Shown here: one piece after another, positions 1 to 11,145 of the stretch
How positions within the stretch are numbered: position 1 is the stretch's first letter
Layout: each line of letters opens with the position of its first letter
Assembly: GCA_963676105.1 (NCBI GenBank)
Contig: OY781039.1
Coordinates: forward strand, 1,680,001-1,712,000
Origin: Erysipelotrichaceae bacterium
GTDB lineage: Bacteria; Bacillota_I; Bacilli_A; Erysipelotrichales; Erysipelotrichaceae
Length of the DNA: 32,000 nucleotides
Reading direction: 5' to 3'
Program-made: the position numbers and the translations under genes
The notes under the pieces: generated by a model
The model's input: only the letters and a program-made list of their open reading frames with translations
Databases searched by the model: none
Told to the model about the DNA's origin: nothing

Positions 1-2
1 CT

Positions 3-191
3 GCAATCACCATGTTTATTAAACAAGCAGTAAGGGAACAAAGATTTCCATTACCGATATCGCTCAATGTACCTAATGAAAGAACAGCAGCAGCAATTGA
101 AGAAGGTAGAAGGCTTGCGAAAGATCCAAATGCAAAATTTTATTCTTCTATGGAAGAATTAATAAATGATTTAGAAAGTGATGAAGTATAG
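3..191 (+). CDS. dinJ: RelB/DinJ-family antitoxin, C-terminal part (5' end lies outside the window)
   Basis: Frame 3 is open from the window edge to TAG at 189-191. It translates to AITMFIKQAVREQRFPLPISLNVPNERTAAAIEEGRRLAKDPNAKFYSSMEELINDLESDEV. This aligns with the recalled E. coli DinJ segment LVRITLTKVAREKALPFDL. It overlaps the start of a YafQ-like toxin gene by 11 nt. Confidence 0.7.
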   Translation, partial: AITMFIKQAVREQRFPLPISLNVPNERTAAAIEEGRRLAKDPNAKFYSSMEELINDLESDEV

Positions 192-456
192 TGTAAAAAG
201 TACTTCGCAATTTAAAAAGAATCTCAAACTATCAAGAAAACGGAATAGGGATATAAATCATTTGTATGAGTTAATAGAACTCATCGCATCAGGAGAAACC
301 ATTCCATCAAAATACAAAGAACACATTTTAATTGGTAACTTTAAAGGCATACATGAATGTCATGTTGAGAATGACTGGTTATTATTATTTGAATTTGATG
401 AAGAAGAATTAAAATTAATTCTCCATGGTGTAGGAACACATATTGATTTATTTTAA
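181..456 (+). CDS. yafQ: YafQ-family type II toxin (ribosome-dependent mRNA interferase)
   Basis: The 91-92 aa product is collinear with E. coli YafQ as recalled. It keeps YKEHILIG (H50 equivalent), HECHVENDW (H63/D67 equivalents) and a C-terminal GTHIDLF (H87/F91 equivalents). The ORF track starts at GTG 178; ATG 181 is preferred. The gene overlaps the antitoxin stop. Confidence 0.8.
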   Translation: MKYSVKSTSQFKKNLKLSRKRNRDINHLYELIELIASGETIPSKYKEHILIGNFKGIHECHVENDWLLLFEFDEEELKLILHGVGTHIDLF

Positions 457-1551
457 AAAGAGATTATCTGAATCTTCTTTATATATATATTCTTTAACAT
501 CAATATTTAACTCAGCACAAATATTTTTAAGTTCATTCATGTCTTCGTCATTGATATCTAGACCATGCATCTTTACACGTTCATAATATTCAAATTCTTT
601 TTCACCATGAATATAGATGCGGTCATGATTTGGTGATTTTTTAGATGTCTTAATTTCATCAAGAAAAGCATTTAACTTAGTTTGAATTAAATCTGCTGGA
701 CCAAATATTTTTGGATCAATAACCATAAAGAAGTGACTGACTCCTGAGTGTGTATGCTCTTCAATGTGATTTGATGTTTGTCCTAAAGAAATAATACCAG
801 TTAGATATTCTACTAACATTGATAAACCATAACCTTTATGTGATCCTGTTTCTTCACTTTCACCACCTAATGGAAATAAGCCTGATAAACCAGAATAAAT
901 GGATTTAAGGATATCACTTGGATTGGTTGTTGCTTGATAGTTTTCATCTAAGCCCCAAGAGTCAGGGATTTGTTTGCCTTCTTTTTGTGCAACTTCAATC
1001 TTTCCTAAAGGAACAGTGGAAGTGGCCACATCAAAGTTAAAAGGAACACCACCTGTAGGGATGCTTACTGCGATAGGATTAGTCCCTAACATGGCTTGTA
1101 CACCATGAGTTGGCACAACACAAGCTAAGGAGTTAGTCATTGAAATACCAATAAGATTTTGTTTTGTTGCTTCTAAGGAATAATATGAGGCAAAACCATA
1201 GTGATTAGAATTACGAACAGTTGTGAGACAGATACCACTGCGTTTAGCTTTTTCAATGGTCTTACTCATCGCAAATCGTGAAACAAGTTGTCCCATACCT
1301 TCATGTCCGTCAATGACACATGAAACAGGGGATTCAAATACAATCTCAGGTTTAGAATTTAGTTTAACTAATCCTTCTAGAATTTGTGTGTGATACATCA
1401 TTAAACGATTAATACCATGTGTACGTATTCCATAAGCATCAGATTTAATTAATGTATCCGTAATATACTTTGCATCGTCAGTATTAAAGCCATATGCACG
1501 ATATATAGACTCAACAAGTGTTATTAGTGAGTTTAATGAGTAATTATTCAT
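448..1551 (-). CDS. Ldh_2 family (malate/L-lactate/ureidoglycolate-type) NAD(P)-dependent oxidoreductase
   Basis: The 367 aa product carries family hallmarks: GIRTHGINR, NSNHYG, GTNPIAVSIP and DVATSTVPLGK. Substrate cannot be inferred. Confidence 0.8.
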   Translation of the reverse strand: MNNYSLNSLITLVESIYRAYGFNTDDAKYITDTLIKSDAYGIRTHGINRLMMYHTQILEGLVKLNSKPEIVFESPVSCVIDGHEGMGQLVSRFAMSKTIEKAKRSGICLTTVRNSNHYGFASYYSLEATKQNLIGISMTNSLACVVPTHGVQAMLGTNPIAVSIPTGGVPFNFDVATSTVPLGKIEVAQKEGKQIPDSWGLDENYQATTNPSDILKSIYSGLSGLFPLGGESEETGSHKGYGLSMLVEYLTGIISLGQTSNHIEEHTHSGVSHFFMVIDPKIFGPADLIQTKLNAFLDEIKTSKKSPNHDRIYIHGEKEFEYYERVKMHGLDINDEDMNELKNICAELNIDVKEYIYKEDSDNLFLK

Positions 1552-2296
1552 CTTCTTCTAAAGTGTTCATAAAAGGCTTTAAATACAGGTCACCAGAACG
1601 TGTCATTTCTTTCGCAAAGTCTGAACCATACTTACGATTATAGAAACGTTTAACGTACTCATCAAAACCAATTTGGCTAAGTTCACCAAGTTCACTCAAA
1701 CTTTCTCTTAAGTCATTTGAACTTAATTGTTGATAGGTATTTTCATGAACTATGTATTTTCGATTAAAACGTTTTGGTTTTTGTCGATCAATTTGGTGTT
1801 GAGTAGGATAGCCATAAACTAACATACTAATCGGAATCATTTTCTCACTGAGATTTAGAAGTTTACGAACATTTTCAATATTCTCTAAAATATCTCCAAT
1901 ATAAACAGACCCTAAACCAAATGACTGCGCTGCGACAACAGTATTTTGAGCCGCTATCATGGTATCTTCAATCGCTAATAAAATATCACCTGACCCAGGT
2001 TTTCTTGGGTTTAGTCCAGCTTCAATATAATAGTCATACCACCTTTGTGTATCTGCCACAAAAACGAGTACAAGTGGTGCTGTGGTAATAAATGTTTGAT
2101 GATCACAGCTTTCAGCTAAGTCAGCTTTTAGTTTCTCGTCCGTTATATCAATAATGGAATACAACATTTGATTGCCAGCGGTTGGTGCTTGAAAGGCTGC
2201 ATTTAAAATGGCATCTTTTATTTCATTTGATAGTTCTTTTTTCTCGAAGATTCTAACAGATTTTCTGTCTACTAGGGATTGGTAAATTTGGTTCAT
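1544..2296 (-). CDS. Nitroreductase-family flavoprotein with a C-terminal extension
   Basis: The 250 aa product has an N-terminal RKSVRIF...PTAGNQ motif and a nitroreductase-fold pattern. Its stop overlaps the downstream Ldh_2 start by 8 nt, so the two genes form an operon. Confidence 0.75.
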   Translation of the reverse strand: MNQIYQSLVDRKSVRIFEKKELSNEIKDAILNAAFQAPTAGNQMLYSIIDITDEKLKADLAESCDHQTFITTAPLVLVFVADTQRWYDYYIEAGLNPRKPGSGDILLAIEDTMIAAQNTVVAAQSFGLGSVYIGDILENIENVRKLLNLSEKMIPISMLVYGYPTQHQIDRQKPKRFNRKYIVHENTYQQLSSNDLRESLSELGELSQIGFDEYVKRFYNRKYGSDFAKEMTRSGDLYLKPFMNTLEEDE

Positions 2297-2310
2297 AAAT
2301 AACTCCTTAA

Positions 2311-3846
<1,536 letters not shown>

Positions 3847-3852
3847 TAATTC

Positions 3853-3889
3853 AAAAGCCTCTAACATCAAATGTTAGAGGCTCTTTTAT
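3853..3889. terminator. Bidirectional intrinsic terminator between the GH1 gene and ilvD
   Basis: A perfect 12-bp stem, AGCCTCTAACAT / ATGTTAGAGGCT, has a 3-nt loop. It is flanked by an A-run upstream and a T-run downstream. It lies between convergent genes. Confidence 0.75.
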
Positions 3890-3906
3890 TTATTAGGAAT
3901 AATTGA

Positions 3907-5589
3907 CTAATCGTCAAATTCATCTCTTAGAACAGCACCTGTACTTGCAGATGTGACTAAGTGTTGGTAACGACGTAAGTAAGAGTTTTTCATTTGTACA
4001 ACTTTAGGATTAGGTACAAATGTTTCTGCACGTTTAGCAAGTTCTTCATCGCTTAATTTAACGCGTAAGATACGATTAGGAATATCGATTTCAATGATAT
4101 CGCCTTCTTGTAGTAGACCAATTGGACCACCATCAGCTGCTTCAGGGGAAACATGACCAATGGCTGCACCAGCTGTACCACCAGAGAATCGTCCATCAGT
4201 AATTAAGGCTACATCTTTATCTAAGCCCATACCAATAATGGTTGCGGTAGGTGATAACATTTCACGCATACCAGGACCACCTTTAGGACCTTCATAACGG
4301 ACAACAACGACATCACCCTTAACAATTTTACCGCTAATAATCGCATCGTAAGCTTCTTCTTCGCCATCAAAGACACGGGCTGGTCCAGAGTGAACTAACA
4401 TCTCTTTTTTAACACCAATCTCTTTAACAACCGCACCTTCAGGCGCTAAGTTACCACGTAAGATTGCGATACCACCAGTTTTTGAATAAGGTTGATCAAT
4501 TGGGTGAATAACATTCTTGTCTGTAACAAATGAGAAGTAACTATTTTCGGCATGTGTTTTACCAGTAACTGTTGGTAGATCTCCATCCATTAAACCAGCT
4601 TTGATAAGTTGTCTAATAACGGCTTGGACACCACCAGCTTCATGAAGTTCAACAATGCGGTGTTCTCCACTTGGATTTAGTTTACAAATATTAGGAATTT
4701 GATTTGATAATTCATTGAAGTGTTCAAGTTTTAAATCAACATCTGCCATTTTCGCAATCGCAAGTAAGTGTAGAACAGTATTGGATGATCCGCCTATCGC
4801 CATATCTACTTTAATCGCATTTTTGAAAGCTTCTAAAGTCATAATGTCACGAGGTAGAACATTATTATTGACCAAGTCCATGATTTTTTCACCAGCTTCT
4901 TTAGCCAATTGTTTACGTTGTGCATAAACAGCTGGAATGGTTCCATTACCTGGTAAGGCAACACCGAGTGCTTCAGCTAAACAGTTCATGGTATTAGCCG
5001 TATACATACCCGCACATGAACCACACGTTGGACATGCATTTAATGCGCTATATTCAAGTTCTTCTTCAGATAATTTACCAACTGTAAATTCACCAACGGC
5101 TTCAAATCCACCTTTAATAAGGTCAGAGTCTTGTTGATGAACACGTCCTGGAAGCATTGCGCCACCAGAGACATAGATAGCAGGAACATTTAATCTTGCC
5201 ATAGCCATAAGCATTCCTGGAACTGTTTTATCACAGTTACCAATTAAGACCATACCGTCTAATTGATGACCAATCATAACGGCTTCAATAGAGTCTGCAA
5301 TGAGCTCACGTGAAGCTAGTGGATAGTGCATACCATAATGGTTCATGGTAATACCATCACATAGAGCGATAGATGGGAACTCTACTGGTGTACCACCAGC
5401 TGTCGCAATCCCGAGTTTAACTTTTTCAGTTAACTCTCTTAAGTGAACATGTCCTGGAACAATTTCATTAAATGAGTTAACAACACCAATCATTGGTTTA
5501 TGTAAATCTTTTTCTGTATAACCAATCGCATACAATAAACTACGATGTGGGGCACGATTAGGGCCTTTTTTTATTTGATCACTTTTCAT
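3907..5589 (-). CDS. ilvD: Dihydroxy-acid dehydratase
   Basis: The 560 aa product is a full-length IlvD/Edd family match ([43 protein letters not shown]). Confidence 0.95.
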   Translation of the reverse strand: MKSDQIKKGPNRAPHRSLLYAIGYTEKDLHKPMIGVVNSFNEIVPGHVHLRELTEKVKLGIATAGGTPVEFPSIALCDGITMNHYGMHYPLASRELIADSIEAVMIGHQLDGMVLIGNCDKTVPGMLMAMARLNVPAIYVSGGAMLPGRVHQQDSDLIKGGFEAVGEFTVGKLSEEELEYSALNACPTCGSCAGMYTANTMNCLAEALGVALPGNGTIPAVYAQRKQLAKEAGEKIMDLVNNNVLPRDIMTLEAFKNAIKVDMAIGGSSNTVLHLLAIAKMADVDLKLEHFNELSNQIPNICKLNPSGEHRIVELHEAGGVQAVIRQLIKAGLMDGDLPTVTGKTHAENSYFSFVTDKNVIHPIDQPYSKTGGIAILRGNLAPEGAVVKEIGVKKEMLVHSGPARVFDGEEEAYDAIISGKIVKGDVVVVRYEGPKGGPGMREMLSPTATIIGMGLDKDVALITDGRFSGGTAGAAIGHVSPEAADGGPIGLLQEGDIIEIDIPNRILRVKLSDEELAKRAETFVPNPKVVQMKNSYLRRYQHLVTSASTGAVLRDEFDD

Positions 5590-5615
5590 AAGTATTTCTC
5601 CTTATTTATAAATAT

Positions 5616-5641
5616 GGGAATCGCTCAGTTGAACGATTCCC
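5616..5641 (-). other. Intra-operon RNA stem-loop between ilvC and ilvD
   Basis: GGGAATCG / CGATTCCC forms an 8-bp stem with a 10-nt loop. It lies 28 nt downstream of the ilvC stop and is followed by AU-rich sequence and the ilvD RBS. It has no clean U-tract. Confidence 0.4.
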
Positions 5642-5668
5642 ACACTAAATCATCTTAATAATTTAAGC

Positions 5669-6664
5669 TTATTTATTTTGATTCCATGCCATGTTAGCAC
5701 GTAATTCTTTACCCACTTTTTCAATGAGTAGATCTTTTTCTTCAGCACGTTTATTAGCGAACCAAGGACGACCATCTTCGTTTTCTTTAATCCAGTTTTT
5801 AGCGAATTTTCCAGATTGGATATCAGCTAATACATCTTTCATAGCTTGTTTAGAAGCATCAGAAATGATACGAGGACCAGATACATAGTCACCATATTCT
5901 GCAGTATCAGAAACGGAATAACGCATACGCTCTAAACCACCTTCATTGATTAAATCAACGATAAGTTTTAGTTCGTGTAATACTTCATAGTAAGCAATTT
6001 CAGGTTGGTAACCAGCTTCTACTAAAGTTTCGAAACCAGCTTTGATAAGTTCTACAGTACCACCACAAAGAACCGCTTGTTCACCGAATAAATCAGTTTC
6101 AGTTTCTTCTTGGATCGTTGTTTCAACACAACCTGCAGGTAATGTACCAATACCATATGAGTAAGCTAATGATTTAGCGAATGCAGTACCAGTCGCATCT
6201 TGATAAACAGCTACTAGACCAGGAACACCTTTTTTCTCAGTGAACATACGACGTACTAAGTGACCAGGTCCTTTAGGTGCACATAGGAATACATCAACAT
6301 CCTTTGGTGGAGTGATTAAACCATAGTGTAATGAGAAACCGTGAGAAACAACAAGTGATTTACCAGCTGTTAGATTTGGTTCAACGAATTCATCATAAAC
6401 TGCTTTGTGATTTTCATCAGGAATTAGAAGGTGAATATAATCAGCTTTTTCGCAAGCTTCTTTAATTGTTGCAGCTTCTAGACCATCTGCTTTAACTTGA
6501 TCAAATGTTTTTGATCCTTCACGTAAACCAACAACTACATCAAAACCATTGTCATGTAAGTTTTGTGCTTGAGCATGACCTTGTGAGCCATAACCGATAA
6601 CTGCGATCTTTTTTCCTTTTAGGATATCTAGATCAGCATCTTTCATTGTATAAATTTTTGCCAT
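5669..6664 (-). CDS. ilvC: Ketol-acid reductoisomerase (class I)
   Basis: The 331 aa product has the [13 protein letters not shown] Rossmann motif and an IlvC C-terminal domain. Confidence 0.95.
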   Translation of the reverse strand: MAKIYTMKDADLDILKGKKIAVIGYGSQGHAQAQNLHDNGFDVVVGLREGSKTFDQVKADGLEAATIKEACEKADYIHLLIPDENHKAVYDEFVEPNLTAGKSLVVSHGFSLHYGLITPPKDVDVFLCAPKGPGHLVRRMFTEKKGVPGLVAVYQDATGTAFAKSLAYSYGIGTLPAGCVETTIQEETETDLFGEQAVLCGGTVELIKAGFETLVEAGYQPEIAYYEVLHELKLIVDLINEGGLERMRYSVSDTAEYGDYVSGPRIISDASKQAMKDVLADIQSGKFAKNWIKENEDGRPWFANKRAEEKDLLIEKVGKELRANMAWNQNK

Positions 6665-6678
6665 TTTTTATATCTCCT

Positions 6679-7734
6679 TTAGATCTTTCTTAGTATAGCA
6701 TCTGTTAACTCAACAGTGCTTAATGATTTTGGACCTGATTTAACCAAGTCTTTTGTACCATAGCCTTCAACTAGAATTTCTTCAACAGCTGATTCTATGC
6801 GTTTTGCTTCCTCTTCTAAATTGAAGCTATATCTCAACATCATTGCGACAGATAAGATAGTTGCGATAGGATTCGCAATCCCTTGTCCGGCAATATCTGG
6901 TGCTGAACCATGGATTGGCTCATATAAGCCTACACCATCACCTACAGATGCAGATGGGAGTAAACCAATGGATCCTGTCATAACCGCAGCTTCATCAGAG
7001 AGAATGTCTCCAAATAAGTTACCTGTGACTAAGACATCAAAGTCAGAAGGGTTTGTGACTAGTTTCATAGCCGCAATATCAACGTATAGGTGATTCACTT
7101 CTACTTCAGGATATTCTTTCGCAACTTCTAAGAATACTTCACGCCAAAGTCTTGAAACCGCTAAGACATTACTCTTATCGACGTTTGTGACTTTTTTATT
7201 TCGTGTCATTGCAGCTTTGAAAGCGACATGACAGATCCGTTCGACTTCTGCTTTAGTATATTGCATAACTGAGTAAGCTTTATCACCTTCATAGAACTGT
7301 TCACCAAAGTAAACACCTCCAGTTAATTCTCTTACTATTAAGCAATCAAAATTTTCAATCAGTTCCTTTTTTAAAGGAGAAGCTTCAACCATTGATGGAT
7401 AAGCTTTTGAGATACGTAAGTTTGCGTAAACACCCATTTCCTTACGAATTTTTAAGAGTCCTTTTTCAGGTCTTAACTCACCTGGAACACTATCCCATTT
7501 AGGACCACCAACGGCACCTAATAAGACAGCATCATTACTTAAACACATTTTTACAACTTCATCAGTGAGTGGAACACCATTTTCATCGATAGAACAACCA
7601 CCAATTAAACCTTCAGTATAGTTAAATGTATGATTGTATTTTTCACCGATTTTATCTAAGACACGTAAACTTTCAGAGACAATTTCTGGACCAATACCAT
7701 CGCCTTTAAGAACGGCTATATTATACTTGCCCAT
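6679..7734 (-). CDS. leuB: 3-isopropylmalate dehydrogenase
   Basis: The 351 aa product has the isocitrate/isopropylmalate dehydrogenase signature [25 protein letters not shown]. Confidence 0.95.
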   Translation of the reverse strand: MGKYNIAVLKGDGIGPEIVSESLRVLDKIGEKYNHTFNYTEGLIGGCSIDENGVPLTDEVVKMCLSNDAVLLGAVGGPKWDSVPGELRPEKGLLKIRKEMGVYANLRISKAYPSMVEASPLKKELIENFDCLIVRELTGGVYFGEQFYEGDKAYSVMQYTKAEVERICHVAFKAAMTRNKKVTNVDKSNVLAVSRLWREVFLEVAKEYPEVEVNHLYVDIAAMKLVTNPSDFDVLVTGNLFGDILSDEAAVMTGSIGLLPSASVGDGVGLYEPIHGSAPDIAGQGIANPIATILSVAMMLRYSFNLEEEAKRIESAVEEILVEGYGTKDLVKSGPKSLSTVELTDAILRKI

Positions 7735-8273
7735 TATTTAATGAGTCCTAAGCTTTTCGCATATTTGAATAAACCACCGGCTTCAATGATATCCTTAGCT
7801 GATCCTAAGTCATTGAGTTGGTACGTTTTACCTTTAGTCAAATTCTTTAAGACAAATGTATCTGTATCAATTTCAACTTCATCATCTGTATTAAATTCTT
7901 CAACAATTCTAACAGGTGTTTCATATGGAGTAATGAATCCACCATCGACTGCATTACGATAGAAGATACGAGCGTAATCTTCGGCAACCACCACTTTACA
8001 TCCAGCCATCGCAAGTGCAAGTGGGGCATGTTCACGTGATGATCCACAGCCAAAGTTTTTACCTGTAATCATGACAGCGTATTTACTTTCATGTCCATCA
8101 CCTTCGATGAAAGGTTGTTTTTGTAGGATATCTTCAGGTAAACCACTCATTGCGTATTTACCATATAGTTTGGCTTCTTCACCTTCGACTTGATAGACAA
8201 GGTGTTTCGCAGGAATTATTTGATCGGTATCAATGTTGTCTGGGACAACATAAGCTAAGCCTTTAATAATCAT
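7734..8273 (-). CDS. leuD: 3-isopropylmalate (and possibly citramalate) dehydratase small subunit
   Basis: The 179 aa product has an aconitase swivel domain ([14 protein letters not shown]). TAATG overlaps link it to both neighbours. Confidence 0.9.
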   Translation of the reverse strand: MIIKGLAYVVPDNIDTDQIIPAKHLVYQVEGEEAKLYGKYAMSGLPEDILQKQPFIEGDGHESKYAVMITGKNFGCGSSREHAPLALAMAGCKVVVAEDYARIFYRNAVDGGFITPYETPVRIVEEFNTDDEVEIDTDTFVLKNLTKGKTYQLNDLGSAKDIIEAGGLFKYAKSLGLIK

Positions 8274-9580
8274 TATTTAAGCCCTCCTAAGAATTCACGA
8301 GGATCTGTAATATGACCCGTTAAAGCTGAAGCAGCGGCAGTATAAGGTGAAGCTAAGTAAATAGGTGCTTCTTTAGATCCCATACGTCCTGGGAAGTTAC
8401 GGTTAGTTGTAGAGATAACCACTTCTTGAGCATGTGTACGTCCAAAGGTATCTTCAGGTCCACCTAAACATGCTGCACATGAAGGTAAACCAATATCACA
8501 ACCTGCTTCTTCTAAGATTTCATATAAAGTTTTATCTTTATAAGTAATGTTATGTAAGTTATCTAAAACTTGAGATGTGGCAGGAACAGCGAATGTTTGA
8601 ATCGCAACTTTCTTGCCATAAAGGATTTCACATGCCGCAAAGAAGTCAGATGTTTTACCACCAGTACAACTACCAATGTAAGCACGAGTGAGTTCAATGT
8701 GAGCTAAGTCCTTAGCTTTTGCGCCATTACCTGGTGAGTAAGGTTGGGCAACCATTGGTTCTAATTCTTCAGCGTTATATTCAATCACTGTATGATATTT
8801 CGCATCTTCGTCTGCTGTATATACTGTGAATGGTTTATTTGATTTGTTTGTGACAAATTCAACTGTTTTACTGTCTGCAGGAATTAAGCCGTTTTTACCA
8901 CCCGCTTCAATTGCCATATTACAGATTGTCATACGTTCTTCCATATTTAATGAACTAATCGCATCACCATCAAACTGCATCGTTCTATAAGTCGCACCAT
9001 CAAAGCCAATATCATTGATAACCGCTAAGACAATGTCTTTACCCATAATATATTTAGGCAATTTACCATTAAAGGTAAAACGCATTGTTTCAGGAACTTT
9101 AACCCAAAGTTTACCAGTACCTAAGATATAACCACCATCGGTGTTACCAATCCCAGAAGCAAACATCCCGAATGCTCCAGCAGAACAAGTATGTGAATCC
9201 GTTCCAAATAGAGTGTCACCTGGTAATAAGTGACCTTCTTCCATAATTGCGACATGACAGACACCTTTATAGTTTTCAGTGAATGGTTCGTAATAGTTTG
9301 TTAAGTTTTGGTCTAAAGCAAATTGCTTAACATATTCTAAGTTACGAATTGCGTGAGCATTTTTTGTGAATATGTAATGGTCAGGAATGAGTATAACTCT
9401 ATCCTTATCCCATACTTTGGCATCTTCACCAAATTCTCTTTTAAAAATCGCAATCGCACCTGGTCCTGTCACATCATGTGTGAGTAGGTTGTCTACATCA
9501 ATCCAAACATTGTCGCCTGGTTTGACAGATTCTTTGTGAGCACGATTCGCTAAGATCTTCTCAACAATGGTCATCCCCAT
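8273..9580 (-). CDS. leuC: 3-isopropylmalate dehydratase large subunit (short, archaeal-like form)
   Basis: The 435 aa product has an aconitase catalytic domain with Fe-S ligand motifs (GTDSHT, GSCTGG, CAAC). Confidence 0.9.
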   Translation of the reverse strand: MGMTIVEKILANRAHKESVKPGDNVWIDVDNLLTHDVTGPGAIAIFKREFGEDAKVWDKDRVILIPDHYIFTKNAHAIRNLEYVKQFALDQNLTNYYEPFTENYKGVCHVAIMEEGHLLPGDTLFGTDSHTCSAGAFGMFASGIGNTDGGYILGTGKLWVKVPETMRFTFNGKLPKYIMGKDIVLAVINDIGFDGATYRTMQFDGDAISSLNMEERMTICNMAIEAGGKNGLIPADSKTVEFVTNKSNKPFTVYTADEDAKYHTVIEYNAEELEPMVAQPYSPGNGAKAKDLAHIELTRAYIGSCTGGKTSDFFAACEILYGKKVAIQTFAVPATSQVLDNLHNITYKDKTLYEILEEAGCDIGLPSCAACLGGPEDTFGRTHAQEVVISTTNRNFPGRMGSKEAPIYLASPYTAAASALTGHITDPREFLGGLK

Positions 9581-9582
9581 AC

Positions 9583-11145
9583 TTAGTTATTCTCCTTTTT
9601 CAATAATTTATATTCTAATGAATCGACTAGCGCAAGTAAACTTGCTTCGATGATATTTGTGGAAACACCCATGGTATTCCATTCATCTTCGCCATCAGAC
9701 GTTACTATTGTAACTCTAACTGTCGCATCTGTCGCTTCATTATGGTCTAAAACTCTAACAATATAGTCGGTTAGAATAACATCCTTTATTTCAGGATAGA
9801 ATTCTTCTAAAACTAAACGTAAAGCCTTGTCCAATGCATTAACGGGTCCATCACCCTCAGCAGATACCAAACGCACATGTTCGTTAATTTTAACTTTAAC
9901 GGTACTTAATATATCTAAGCCTAGAGTAGAAACATCACGGACTTCGTAGTAAATGATGTCAAAGGATGGATCAAACTTCTGTAGAAGCTTTTGAATGAGC
10001 AGTTCAAGGGAAGCAGGGGCATTTTCATATTGATAGCCTTGTTGTTCCATATCCTTGATTGTTTCAATCAATTTCTTAGCTGTCTCAGACTCTTTGTCCA
10101 AACTAGGATCATATTTATTTAAGAGTTCCATAATCGCACCACGACCTGAAACTTCTGAAATAATAATATTACGCTCATTCCCAACTAAGTCAGGTGAGCA
10201 GTGTTCAAAGGATGAACTGGCTTTTAATACACCATCGATATGCATTCCACCTTTATGGGCAAATGCATTCTTACCAACATAGGGCATCCCGTTATCTAAG
10301 TGAACATTGGCATGATCTGCAATTTGTCTACAGGTATGTGTCAGTGTTTTTAGTTGTTCATCACTAATAACGTGTATGCCTTTTTTAACTTGTAAATTGG
10401 CAATCACATTACTTAAGTTACAGTTGCCTGTTCTTTCCCCAAAACCATTGAGGACACCTTGAACGTGAAGTGCACCGTTGTCTAGGCTAGCATGTGCATT
10501 CGCAACCCCAAAGCCGGTATCGTTATGAGTATGAATTCCGATAATCGCATCAGGTAATGCAGCGCATACTGCTTTAGTAATGTTAGCCACTTCTTCAGGG
10601 AAGCAACCACCATTGGTTTCACATAGAACTAAACGTGTTGCGCCAGCACTGTGTGCAGCTTTAAGTGTTTTAATCGCATACTCTGGATTGTTTTTATAAC
10701 CATCGAAGAAATGTTCGGCATCGAAGAAGACTTCTTTATCATGATCAACGAGGTATTTAATACTGTCGCTAATCATGTTTAAGTTCTCATCTAATGTTGT
10801 ACGGATAACATCGGTCACATGGAAGTCCCAAGATTTACCAAAGATGGTAATAATGTCACAGAAAGCATTCGCTAACTTGTTTAAGTTATCATCGTCTTTT
10901 GGATCCATGTTTTTTCTTCGCGTACTACCGAAGGCAACAATTTGAGAATGTTTAAGTTCGATTTTTTCTAAAGCTTCGAAGAATTCGATATCTTTAGGGT
11001 TTGATCCAGGATTACCTGCTTCAATATAATCAATGCCTAAATCATCTAGTAGATGAACGGTTCTTAATTTATCTCTAAAGCTAAAGGAAACATTTCTTGC
11101 TTGAGCACCATCACGTAGAGTTGTATCAAACAATTCTATTTTCAT
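9583..11145 (-). CDS. cimA: (R)-citramalate synthase (long CimA type)
   Basis: The 520 aa product begins LFDTTLRDGAQA...FSFRDKL...GNPGSNPKDIEFF...AFGSTRR. As recalled, this matches the Geobacter/Leptospira-type citramalate synthase clade rather than LeuA. A true leuA lies immediately upstream. The assignment needs phylogenetic confirmation. Confidence 0.7.
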   Translation of the reverse strand: MKIELFDTTLRDGAQARNVSFSFRDKLRTVHLLDDLGIDYIEAGNPGSNPKDIEFFEALEKIELKHSQIVAFGSTRRKNMDPKDDDNLNKLANAFCDIITIFGKSWDFHVTDVIRTTLDENLNMISDSIKYLVDHDKEVFFDAEHFFDGYKNNPEYAIKTLKAAHSAGATRLVLCETNGGCFPEEVANITKAVCAALPDAIIGIHTHNDTGFGVANAHASLDNGALHVQGVLNGFGERTGNCNLSNVIANLQVKKGIHVISDEQLKTLTHTCRQIADHANVHLDNGMPYVGKNAFAHKGGMHIDGVLKASSSFEHCSPDLVGNERNIIISEVSGRGAIMELLNKYDPSLDKESETAKKLIETIKDMEQQGYQYENAPASLELLIQKLLQKFDPSFDIIYYEVRDVSTLGLDILSTVKVKINEHVRLVSAEGDGPVNALDKALRLVLEEFYPEIKDVILTDYIVRVLDHNEATDATVRVTIVTSDGEDEWNTMGVSTNIIEASLLALVDSLEYKLLKKENN

